A DNA stretch of 64,000 bases from contig JBITNC010000001.1 of assembly GCA_050084985.1 (NCBI GenBank), positions 174,902,001 through 174,966,000 of the forward strand. Direction: 5' to 3'. Source of the DNA: Nageia nagi (Eukaryota > Plantae > Pinophyta). Below the pieces are notes generated by a model. That model had not been told where the DNA came from, did no database searches, and worked only from the letters and a program-made list of their open reading frames with translations. The position numbers and the translations under genes were made by a program. This document shows positions 13,531 through 26,546 of the stretch, in pieces; the first letter of the stretch is position 1, and each line of letters opens with the position of its first letter.

Positions 13531-14700
13531 AGTGGCCATATGACACTCCCAAAGTCTAGTTGAACTATGTCTCAAGGAAAAGGAATGAGAATTCCTTCAA
13601 GTATTTGATTAGGAATTCAATAGTAAGTGAATTTGTGTTGGTATGTGTAATGCAATAACTACCTTATAAAAGGGAGTTATATGACTATAAAGGATACTTC
13701 ATAAGTAAATATCAACCAAATTTAACCTCCCCGAAAGTATATCAATTCTAGAGGAATAAAATCCAATGATAGATAAGAAGCATTTTAAGACCAATATGTC
13801 TAAGAAACTCATGAATATTTTGCAAGATAAAAGAAATATTAGAAGGAAAATAAGAATCAAATATGCATAAGCTCCTCCATCAACTTGAAAATGATACTAC
13901 AACTCCCCTTCAACATATAAGCTAAGATATTGATCGAGCTTTTCAAAATTAGGGATTCTTATGCTTGGGAATTAGACATCAATAAGGAAGACCTATTTAT
14001 CAAGGTGGATTCCTAAAAAATATTTTTGGAAGAATAATTTGAAGTTCAATTAATAACTAAATTCCTACAGTTTTGGCCTTGTAGAACAACTAGAATAATC
14101 CTAGATTATGCCACTTATATTTGGTTCCAAAATTCCTTTACCTTTATGTTGATTAATTTCCTAGTACAACCAACCTCAATAGATTAAATAGATTACTAAT
14201 CAATTACCCAAACAAAAGAACATTTATGACTATAATGACTACTTCATGAAAAATAATGATGTTGTACCTACTTTACCAAAATAAAGGAGATCACATTGCA
14301 ATCATAGGAGTGTCAAACTAATCATCAAAATTCAAAGAAAATGAGAGCTTTTGTGTTAATTATTAGCAAAGAGAATCATCATCGATGGAAAAAGCTATTA
14401 AAGAGTATGGCTTGAGGATGATCATTAGGATTAAGTTGGGGAGTACATTAGCAAGAAAGAATTCCAATTAATTAAGGATATGGAATTTGACCAATAGTAA
14501 ATTTAACTACAAATAGATGATCGAATCTAATGAGTTTTCACCAATTGAGCCCACTCTTTACTGAATCAACACACCTCTCTTGACTGGTACTTTAAGTTAT
14601 CAAGAAGGATTTCAAAGAAGAAAGAGAAGTGTGAGAGTTAAGGGTTGATAAAGAATCAAAGATATATGGTAGATGATTAGATAAATATATTATAATATTA
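13531..14700 (+). mobile_element. Decayed LINE 3' region (zf-RVT and RNase H remnants)
   Basis: 'FWK..KF..FW'-like segment at ~14020-14080 and IIDGK...GLRMIIR..LG at ~14378-14440 (RNase H-like N-terminus). Confidence 0.4.
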
Positions 14701-14872
14701 TCGAATGTATCTAATATTCATATATTAATAAATATTAGTGCCCATTTTATGATTCAATTATTATTCTCTTTTTATTCTACATTTTATAATATTTCTATTT
14801 GTATGTGATCATCTGATTCCTAGTTGTAGAAAAGAACCCCATCGATCGACTTAAACGATCAATAATTTATAG

Positions 14873-15400
14873 TCACTAACACCCATACAAATAATAGATG
14901 CAAAATAGGAATGCAAGGGAAAATATAAGGTGTTTGCACTTGTTATTACATTACTAAAAATATAAGTCTCTCATTTATCTCCTTTCATCAACCCTTTACA
15001 ATGGGACAACATCCCTATATATATGCCATGGACTTGGTGATTGAGTGTTTGACACTCTATGAAAAAAATAACTAGATAGAAAGTTTGCCAAAATATCTAC
15101 AAGTAAAGTATAAAAAAAGTATAAAATCCACTTAGAAAATCTACTTAATGTATGCAAATATGATATAAAATCATGTTTTATAGGTGTAAGGATTGAGAAA
15201 TCATTAAACTTCCTTCTAGAAGCTTGCAATGTTCATCTAGAAGCCTACAACATATTAATGGTAGGTATCAAAAGTATGCAACTAATTAGTGGATGGTATT
15301 ATAGGTCATTGAGGTAATTGGATGCACCCATCATTGGAGAAATATGGATTATTAACATCAAAATATCAATACACAAATCATGGAAAATTATAATCTTTCA
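14873..15400 (-). repeat. 3' LTR of copia element (truncated)
   Basis: Matches ~30983-31482; similarity is lost to the left of ~14873. Confidence 0.82.
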
Positions 15401-15429
15401 TTCTCCCCTTAATGTCAATGATTTGTATG

Positions 15430-18117
15430 TCGATTATATCTTTGAAATGAAGGAATTAATCGATCATCAAGGATTTAGTAAAGATATCGATAAGATGATC
15501 TTTAGACTTGCAATATTGAACTCAATAGATCCATCTTGCATTAAATCTTTCATGAAATGATGGTGAATGTCTATTTACTTAATTTTTCTATGAAATATTT
15601 GGTTCTTCATAATGGAAATGGTGTTGGTGTTTTCATAATAAATTATGATAGACTATGAAATCTCCATATCGAAGTCTTCACACAATCTTGCCATCCAAAT
15701 AGCTTGAGTGCAAGTAGAGGAGGAAATCATATATTCTCCTTTTGTAGTGGATAGAGAAATTATATGTTGCTTCTTATTGCTCCATGAGATTAGATATTCA
15801 CCAAATAAGAAGGCATACCAATATGCACTTTTCTAATCATCAAGGTTTCATGCCCAATATGCATTTGTGTATGCAACTAAACCTTTAAAGTATGTAGCTT
15901 TTTACCATAGGACAAAGTTCTTGGTGCCACCCACATAACAAAGTATTCTTTTGGTCACTTTCCAATGGGATCCATGTGGCAATTGTGTGATTCAAAATAC
16001 TAGACGTACTGCAAACATAATATCAAGCCACATAGCTATAAGATACATTAGGATATCGATAAGAGACTTATACAGGGTTACATCAACAAGAGGAGTGGAA
16101 TCCTCTTTCATTAGTTTGTAACTGACAATTGCTAGTGTAGCAATATATTTGCATTCATTCATGGTGAACCTAGAAAGCATGTCATCAACATACTTAGTCT
16201 GAGTGATGAAGACATCATTAGATGATTAATGAACTTGCAACCTAGAAAGTATTATGTTTCACCTAGATTATTCATTTTAAATTTGTTCACCATGGAAACT
16301 CTAAATTATTGTAGCATGGAAGGATAATTACTCATGAAGATAATATCATCAACATATAAATGATGATGAAGTTAGGACCAAATACGTTTATGTACATTAT
16401 TACTTTCATTGAACACCTCTGATAGCCATTTTGGTGGAAATAGAAATCAATTTGAGAGTACCATGCTCTCGATGCTTGCTTGATCTTGTAAAGAGATTTA
16501 TTCAAAATATATAGTTTATCTTCATGGTTAATGACTATAAATCCTTAGGTGTGATTCATGTACACTTCTTCTAGATTACCATTCAAAAAGGTTGATTTAA
16601 CTTCCATTTGGTAAATAATCAGACCAAAATGAGATGCTATAGGTAGTAGAGATCATATTATCTCTAATCTAGTGATTGGAGAAAATATTTACTTATATTT
16701 CAATCCTTGTTTCTAATTGTATCCTTTAGCTACTAAGCGAGCTTTGTACTTGGTGATGTTATCGTAAACATTATACTTGAGCTTGTAGACCCACTTAATG
16801 CCAATGAAATTCTTATTCTTTAGAGGAGGGATAAGTTCCAAGAATCATTTTTTTTTATACACATAATCTTATATTCCATTACATATCACCAATATTCATT
16901 TGTTATTACTTATTTGAAGTTTATTAGCTCAATGAATGAAGAGGACATCAAGGCATAGCTAATCATATGATCACACCCTTGATTATTATTAGGTTACTCT
17001 TTTAGAGAATGTCATCATCCAATATTTGAGCATGAGGATGATTTATGATGATCCTTTATTATGTACATTGTCAACACAAGAAGGATATGTCACCATAAGA
17101 ATGTTGGTTGGTTGAGGCTACAATGGCTCAATAGGTTTGTTGGAGCTAGAATATTCAAACTTTAGAGTGATGGTTGGTCAATGTAACTCTTGGTATGCTT
17201 CACTTTCATTAAAGATCACATCTTAGTTGATATACAACTTGTTGGTGATTAGATTGTAGCACCTACATGATTTGGAATCTTTAGAGTATCCCATAAAGGT
17301 ACTCTTGATGGATTTTTCATCCAACTTCTTCCTATTCTCCTTAAGAAAATGCACATAACATATGAAGCTAAATATCCTAAGGGATACAATGTTTGGTTTC
17401 TTTTCAAACTAAATCTCATAAGGAGTTTAATCCTACATAATTTTTGTAGGAAAATGATTTAGAATATAAATAGTTTTATGAATAGCTTCATCCCATAACT
17501 CATTGTCCATGTCCATCTCCCTCAACATGCACCAGGTCATCTCAATAACTATTTGGTTCTTCCTCTCGATAACTCCATTTTCTTAAGGAGTGTACATTGT
17601 TATGTACTTCCACTTGATGTCATGTTTATTATAGATATATTTGAATTCATGGTTCTATACCAAGGCTTTGAACTTGGAAAATTGGTCAACATCATCTAAC
17701 TTTTCCTACAACAAATAAAACCAATTCATCCTAGAATGGTTGTTAGTAAAAATAAGAATATACCTACACTTGGACATTATTGGAGTCTGCATGGGTTTGT
17801 AAATATTAGTATGCACCAAATCCAAAGGCTTTTAAGCATGATATTGGTGATAGGAAAACTTCTTTCTTTGTTGTTTTTCAAATTTGTAGCTCTCACACAA
17901 ACTGTCTGATGGGTATGAAAAGGTTAAAAAATATTTCATGAGCTTGTGCAATCCATGCAATGAGTTGAAGTTGAGGTGTCCAAACCTCTTTTTCCACAAC
18001 CAAGTAGGATCAAGTGTAATCTTTAGGCATTTGATAATATTTAGTTACATCTTGAACATGTACATTCTACTCTCAAATATGAGAATAGGGGTGACTACTT
18101 GACAATTGGTCTCATTT
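15430..18117 (-). pseudogene. Copia pol remnant (INT-RT-RNase H)
   Basis: Minus-strand remnants including LWKKRFGHLNF (GAG-pre-integrase, ~17970-18000), IKWVYKLK, YKARLVAKGY and the RT fragment 15992-16180. Confidence 0.85.
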
Positions 18118-18708
18118 AACTACTACATTTTAGTCATTTTAAGTCATCCCATGCATCATAAAAGTGGGTTTTGATGTCTTGATGCATTATACATTAGTGT
18201 TTGGAAATCTGCATCAAAGTAAATTTGATGAAAATGTTGATGCCTCTCTTTATGTTTTGCTTGATGCATTGCTTAATGCATTTTTTTGCACTTTTGTGAT
18301 ATTTTACTTGATGCTTTACACGATGCTTTTTTGAAGATTATTTTGACATTTTGTGTGATATTTTTTTTACTATAAATTTTAAGGTTTCGACCATGAAACA
18401 TGTTTATACTTTTGACATTTGAAATGGTTATATATGGCATTGATTGAACATCTAAAACATGAAAATTGCTAATTATTCTAACATGTTCACTTCAATCAAA
18501 AATAAAGCTACAATAGAGGAACTATTGCAGCTATAGTATATAGTTATCTATGTATGAATGAATGACATAAATCATTAAGATATGGGGCATTATGTATCTA
18601 GATAAATATTTAAAGTGAAAAAGTAATATGCAAATTACAAAACATTCAAAAAAATACTATAAATAATATACATATAATATTTAATTCATCAAATGTACAT
18701 GTAATATT

Positions 18709-21700
18709 TTAATCATCATTATTATTATTATCATCAAGAAGATGTACAATATATTTCTCTCTTGGATCACAATCAATTCCAAACCACATCTTTTCATCTA
18801 GTACATCTGGACAAAAAAATATTTGACTACAATGTTGTGGTAAAACATATGGCTCTTTTTCTTGAGGTAAATATCGTGTGGAGTCGATTACATAATAACC
18901 ACTGGGTATATCATGCAATATTATTCTTCTATTTACAAATCCTTCAAACCATTTACATTTAAATACTACACTTTTGAATGATCTAAAATTTAATTGCAGG
19001 ATTTCTTAAATTTTTCTAACATATTGTATTTTTCCTTGTATCAAGTTTGTATCTTTTGTACTTACATGACTTGCTTGATCAAAATCAACCATTACTCCAT
19101 ATTCAAAGGTCATTCTATTACTATCTTTATTTTCAATTTTGAAGTGTTGACCATATGCCCACATTGCAAGAAAAGATAATACTTGCACACATTTTTATGT
19201 AAATGTTATATTGGTGAAAGTATTATATCTATATTAACAACAATTTATTATACAAAAAATTTAAACTTAAGTTCATAAGAATTAATGAATAATTACCTCA
19301 TAATTAAACATCCATCAAGTATATTTAAAGCATCTTCATAGGTTTTTTCTTCTACACCTTGAGATAATTTCTCTTCAATTGCTTATTTTATCCATGACCT
19401 TGGATACTATTTTGGCCAATTTTCATCTATTAAATGTAGAGGTATAGGTGTACTTCTTGAATTTTCACTACAAAATAAAATATGTTGTGTTAAAATTACA
19501 CTTATTTTACTTTCATACATTTCAATCCATTCTTTACAACATTTTATATTCATCATGATAAAATGGTTTATAGATTCATATATGTCATGATCTGTAATAT
19601 TTTGATGACATAAAATGAACTTGTTAGTAACCATCGATTAGATTAATTCAAAATTGCATGTACATATTACTTATATAAATTACTATTATCTAAAATGTAG
19701 TTAGTACCTTTACTAAGAGCATATGATCTCTCATTTATTTCTAAAACCTACCCTTCTAATTTATCCATGTCTTTGTTTGCTTGTAACCATATTGTTGGAG
19801 CTGAATCATGAATTTGAGATAGAAACTCACTTACATAAAAAAAATACTTTTACATAATATATCCCTCACATATACATCCTTATGGTCTTAACTTTTGTCT
19901 AACAAATCTTTTTAGTACTTTCAAAAATCTTTCCACAAAAAACATGCTTCTAGTACTTATAACACCTGCTATTTCAATATCATCTACTAGGTGGATCAAT
20001 AGATGAATTTCTAAGTCCATAAAAGTAGCAAGCATTTCTTTTTCAAATTTACAAATAATTTCCACAATTTCTCTTCACCATCTAGGGATTTCATCGACAT
20101 GTATTTCCTTTAAAGTCAACCACTTATTTATGAAAATATAATTAATATCATCACATCTAAAATATATTTAAAACTACAAAACAATAATAAATGCACTATA
20201 TTTTTTCATTAAGAAGTATCATAAATAATATGAAATACCTTAAAAATAATGATAGTCAACCAATTGCATATCTTATATCAACAAGTAAAGTTGTACATCC
20301 ATGAATTGCAAGTGGAAAAATAATCTGTAGCAAAATTTATATTAATCAAAATATAGATGAATACAAATATATATAAGGATTTTGATATGCATATAATATG
20401 AGAATACCTTCAATAAGTTGTGATAATCATGAGACTTAAATTCTATCATTTTTCCATCAATTATGAATGATTTTCTTATAGATGATGTATATCCCATTAG
20501 TATTTTAATGGTTATAACAAAATTGTGTAGAATGTTCACTTCATCTTTAGTCATAAGCCATGAGGCTAAAGTAGGTGCAATTGTTATTCCATCTAAAATT
20601 TTAGTTACCCAAAAGGCATGTTTTGTTTTGATGGCCTTTAAATCATATCTCACTTGAATAGTGAATGATTCTTTGCTTGTTGTATACCAATATTAAGAAG
20701 ATAAAATATTCTTTACAATATGCATATGATCCAATAAATGTTTCACTAATAAATCCTTCTAGTATTCTAGATTATAAAATATGGACAATCTGTTCATACC
20801 TAGAAACATATGTAAATGTAAACATTTAATTGATAAAATAATTGAATTCATGATATTTTACAAAGAATGTTTTGAAATAAATAAATATATTGATATAATA
20901 TTTTATTAAATTTTACCTTGAGGTAAGTCATCTTTTTTAAAAATAACATCCTCTAGGTCTTCAGCAATACCTTCCTTAAAGGCTTTTATCCAACATTTTT
21001 CTTCACTTTCTTGGTACTTTTTCAACCAATCTAAAGGAGATACATATTTGGGAGTTTTGGTGTGATTAGTTTGACCATTAAACTATGATTTCATATTTTG
21101 AAACTCATGATATGATGGTATATATTTTCTATGGCCAAGGTATTCCATCTTCTGCAAGTGTTGTGAATATCTTGTTGTGAGATTTATGCACACCATGGAC
21201 AAGCATGATAACCTTTTTTATGCAAGCTTGCAATACATTTTTATTAGAGAATACAACTTTATCTAATTGTGAAATTAAATATTTATAATTTATTATTTTA
21301 ATATAAATGTAAATGTAATAAAAATTATAAATACATACCTGAAAAAATACTAAGACTTGGATAATCATGTATAGTCCAACATAGTATGCCATATAATGTG
21401 AATAGTATTTATTAGATGGCTCTACTTATATCAATCACATTTTGAATTCAATTCCATAATTGCATCAATTCATCAATTACTGCTTCAAGGTAGATATCCA
21501 TATTTTGCACCTAATGTGGTCCAAGAACTAAAAGAGTTAACATTAAATATTCCTTTTTCAAGGACATCTATGGAGGTATGTTATAATTTATTATAACAAT
21601 AGGCCACACTGAATAATTAGATAATTGTATGGAATGTGTATTGACACCATAAATTGCTAATCCAACCTTAGAATTTTAAGTTCATCCCAAATTTATCGGG

Positions 21701-23200
21701 ACACATATTTTTTATATATTTCATTCCTCTAGAATCTTCAAGAATGTGTAATACATTATCGTCACTTCTATTCTTTTCATTCCAATCCATATACTGTGCA
21801 AGTGAATCACACTTATACATTCTAATGAATCTATCAGTAATTGAAAGATGGCGAATAACCTTCAAAGGAAGATTTTTCCCCATAGTTCCTAAATGGTATC
21901 TATTTGCACCACATTTGGACATACACTCAATTTTTCATATCATCCTCTATATGATATGCAATCATTAATACAAATATGGTATGAAACACATGATACCCCT
22001 ACATCTTTCAAAATGTTGCATGCATTTCTACATGAAGAAGGGATGACATTGTCACTTGGAAGCAACTTTTCATTTAGTAACCTATAACACAAATAAAACT
22101 ATAAAATTATTAAGTATATAATAAACAAATATTAAAAAATATCCAATAAATTTACAAAAATGCAAAAAAAATTATAAAAATAAATACATACTTCAAAAGA
22201 TCATTGACACTTGTATCTGACCATCCATTTTTGGCCTTTATATTCATGATAAGTAGGAGCGCTTCCAACTTGGAAATACATGCTCCATTGTATAAAGGTG
22301 TTTTGGTAGTAGCATACATGTTATCATTTTCAAAATCACCTCTTCCATCATCATGCACATGAGGATTATCATTCATGTCTATATCTGCATCATTTTCATG
22401 TGTATAGATTGATTGAAATAAATCATGCATTGCATTTTGCTATTGATCATGAGCATTATATTATCTTCATCATTTTCATTATCTAAATTCATGAGTTGAA
22501 CAAGAGCCATTAGATTTGGATTTGTAATGAATTCTACATATGCATCCCTACTTAATATATTCTTTAGTTGCTTCTTTTTTTCCAATGAATATTTTTTTGA
22601 TGTAAGATTGGCATATAAGATATTGTATTTGACTCGTCTTATTTATTTGCTACAATATGATGTACCTATGAAATTAGTTATTACAAATAATTAATATAAT
22701 TAAAAAAATAACTTTAACAAGTATTTGTAATATCCAATAAGTATATGTTAATAACTTTAACAAGTACATAATTTTAAGTAAAAATTGCACAAGTAACATG
22801 AGTTTATATAAAAATTTATCAACAATTCCAATAGTTAGGTTCTTCAACAAGGAACCTCCATTAAGGATCTTCAACAAACTAGCAAATAACATAGTCTAAA
22901 TTCATAACTATATGCCTAGTACTACAACATTAGTCTAAAGTCCTGGTTTAATAAATACATTTGGATCTCTTGAATCCATATGTCTCTTACATGCTAGAAT
23001 ATATTTATTGATATTGTAAAGATCTCATCACCAGGATTAAGAGTTACAATAGGAGCCACACCTACAAAACTCCTCATTTTTCTAGGCATAAAGTCATATT
23101 TATCATTTGCATATTCTACAAAAAATACAATTTGTTGGACTACCTATGCCTTTGAAGTAATTTATATATCCTATAATGTTTCCAAGTATCTTTGGTCAGC
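18709..23200 (-). pseudogene. CACTA TnpD-like transposase, intron-containing, decayed
   Basis: TPLYNGACISKL...KAKNGWSD (22152-22430), CGANRY...LKVIRH (21668-21922), KSHDYH (20342-20653), HLLIHLV...MFFVERFLKVLK (19880-20065, DUF4218-like), EPYVLP.H.SQIFF (18709-18918, DUF4216-like). Confidence 0.9.
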
Positions 23201-23814
23201 CATCAATGTATAAACATTCTGAATCTTTTGTTTATGATGTTGCATTTCCACATATACCATATTTAGCCATACTAAAGAAATATGATGTTAATATCCTCCA
23301 ATCTGTTATATTGTAAATTAGCCCACAAAATGGCATCAATAGTTCTTTTTCAGTATATAGATGAACTCGCACATTTGATGAATTAAACCTAGACTCTAGA
23401 TAGATTTTTTTACTAAAATTTGATGAATTCAACTAAGGGTTTGAAAAAAAACTAAGATTTACAAAATTAAAGGTTTGAAAAAAAGTAGGGTTTACAAAAT
23501 TAAATAAATTTAAAAATTAGATTCTCAATCATTTTACAAAATTTGCAAATTAGGGTTTCAATTTTGTTGTAAAAAATTAATAAAATTTAAAAATTTCATA
23601 GAAAAATATACAAAAACATACCAAAAATTCCTATAGCTCTTCTTCTTCTTCTTTTAATCAAATTGACCACATGATCTTCATTTTTATAAATAACAAGTTA
23701 ATAATTCATTTAGAATTTAGAATTTTAACTTAATTTATAATATAATATACTTTTAAATTTTAATTTATAATATAATACAATTTTAAATTTGAAATTTAAT
23801 TTATAATAAAAAAT

Positions 23815-24600
23815 GAAGGGTTTAGGGGTTAGGGGTTTGGGTTAAGGTTGAAGGGTTTAGGTCATAGTTTAATTAAGGGTTTGGGTTATGAGTTAGGTGT
23901 TTTATTTTAATTTGGATTAAAATTCAATTTATAATATAATTTTAAATTTTAAACATATAATTTATTATTTTTAAATTTTTAATTTTAAACATATAATTTA
24001 TTAAAAATTTTAAAAATATAATTCAAGTTAAGGGTTTAGGTTTAAGGGTAAGGGGTTTGGGTTAGGGTAAGGAGTTAGAATTTTATTTTAACTTAACTTA
24101 AAATTTAAGGGTAAGGGTTAAGGTTTAAGAAATATGGTTAGGATTTAAGAGTTATGGCTAGAGTTTAAGGGTTAAGGTTTAAAATTATGGTTATGGTTAG
24201 GATTTAGAGGTTGTAGTTAAAGTTTATGGTTAGGGGTAAGCGTTAAAGGTTTAGATTAGGGGTTAGGGTTTAAGGGTTAAGGGTTTGGGTTTAAGTTTAG
24301 AGTTAAGAATTAAGATATTTGGGGTTATATATGGTTAGGATTTAGGGGTTTGGATTAAGGATTAAAGGTTTGAGTTTGAGTTACGATTAGGAGTTAGGGT
24401 TTTATTTTAATTTAACTTATATAATTTTAAACATGTAAATTATTATTATTTTAAAAATTTTAATTTTAAAAATATAATTTATTTAAAATTTAGATTAATT
24501 TTTTTTAAATATAATTTAGGTTAAGGGTTTAGGTTTAAATGTAAGGTGTTTAGGTTAGGGTTAGAAGTTAGGATTTTATTTTAACTTAAAATTTAATTTA
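23815..24600 (+). repeat. Degenerate telomere-like (TTTAGGG/TTAGGG) array interleaved with AT-rich spacers, block 1
   Basis: Dense GGGTTA / GGGTTTA / GGTTTA variants; G-rich strand on +. Confidence 0.85.
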
Positions 24601-25724
24601 TAATATAATTTTTAATTTTAAACATATAAGTTATCTTAAATTTAAATTTTAAACATATAATTACATCGAGAGGCATTTCTACAGCTGCAGCATGGGGGGT
24701 GGAGTGGGGGAGCAAAATGTCGCATGTGAGTCCGTCCGTTAAACAATTAGCGGGAAAATAATTTTTTTTAAAATTAAAATTATATAGCCGACTGAAATAT
24801 TAAAAGACACATCTTTTCAAAAATTATTATATAAATGGAAGGAAGAATATCAAACATCATAAAAATTCATTCCCAAATCAATCGAGAGATGTAGTGAATT
24901 CGAACAAGCAAAGTTGGAACAAAAGATTGTAAAAACAAAAGAGAACTTTAATTTTATTGTAAGTTAATTCTCTGCTATTGTAAATATATTTTTACTATAA
25001 TATTTATTATTTCTTATTTTACATACAATTTATACTCTGAATTCTTTTACGCTTCTTATCTTGCTATTCGCATAAAACTTTATCAAAAAATGCTCTGAAT
25101 TCACAAAGTTTTACATGTCTTGGTCTAACATATTCGTTGTTGATGCCTTCTTTTCATTAGAAAGTTATTAAATAAAATCAACACAAGATCATAAAATCCC
25201 CATTATACCAAATTAATTTAGTTTATATTGTTTCCATCACATTTCGTGGTTTTCAATTTGCCATGCATCTCCACCACGCAGTGCCAATGCACTTCTACTT
25301 TGATATTTGAATAAGTAGATTGATATTTATACTTTAACAGAGTCAATACAGTCATCCATAACATTATTTTATATGGTTTTCATTACATGTAGTGAATCCA
25401 CATTATCGCCATAGTTTTTTGCTAGGCTCAGTAAACCTCTTACCGAAAACTATTGTGTATGCGTTTTGTCATAATATTATAATTTTATGGTATAAGAAAA
25501 AAATATTATAGGTATAATAAAAAATATAACTAAAAAATTTCAAAAATATTGAAGAGGATGAAAAAATACATAAAATTTATTTAAGAGAAGAAAGAACACA
25601 AGTTCAGTCTCTCCAGTTCATACTTATAAAGAATGGAATGAGATAGGCGCCTCGAAATGATATCTCTCGACGTTTTTTGATATATAAGGGGTTATATCAA
25701 AGCTAGTTTATTATAAATTTTAAA

Positions 25725-26485
25725 AATATAATTTAAGTTAGAGGTTTGGTTTTAAGGGTTAGGTGTTTGGGCTAGGGTTTAAGGGTTTATGTTAGAATTT
25801 AAGGGTTAGGAGTTTGGGTTTAAGATCAAGGTTAGGGTTTTATGGGTTTAGATTTTAGTTGCAAATTAGGGTTTAAGGGTTATGGTTAGAATTTAAAGGT
25901 AAGGGTTAGGGCTGGTTTAAGGAATATGGTTAGGATTTAAGGGTTATGGTTAAAGTTTAAAGGTTAAGGTTTAAAATTATGGTTATGGTTAGGATTTAAG
26001 GTTTGTAGTTAAAGGTTTAGGTTAGGGGTTAGGATTTAAGGCTTAGGAGTTTGGGTTTAAGTTTAGGGTTCAGAATTAAGATTATGAGTTAGGGTTTTAT
26101 TTTAACTTAACTTAAAATTTAATTTATAATATAATTTTAAATATTAAATATATAATTTATTATTATTTTAAATTTTTTAATTTAAAACATATAATTTATA
26201 AAAAAATTGAATTATAAATTTTAAAAATATAATCTAGGTTAGGGTTTAGGTTTAAGGGTTAGGGTTTAAAGGTTTGGGTTAGGGTTAAGAGTTAGGATTT
26301 TATTTTAACTTAACATAAAATTTAATTTATAATATAATTTTAAATATATAAGTTATTATAAATTAAAAATCTTAATTTTAAACATATAATTTATTATAAA
26401 ATTAAATTTTAAAAATATAATTTAGGTTAAAGGTTTAGGTTTAAGGGTTAGGGGTTTGGGTTAGGGTTTAAGAGTTTAGGTTTGA
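25725..26485 (+). repeat. Degenerate telomere-like array, block 2 (direct duplicate of block 1)
   Basis: Same motifs; 24121-24240 is clearly repeated at ~25915-26035. Confidence 0.85.
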
Positions 26486-26546
26486 ATAGTTTTATTTTTT
26501 ATACACTAATAATATATTTTGTTATTATCTTTATTTAGTGATTATC

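Noticed and set aside
5186-13535. Target-site duplication for the Tat element
   Set aside because: Flanks AGTTA vs AGTGG match only 3/5, so no TSD is claimed.
23815-26485. True telomere or chromosome-fusion site
   Set aside because: Repeats are highly degenerate, all in one orientation, and lie inside a TIR/TSD-bounded CACTA element.
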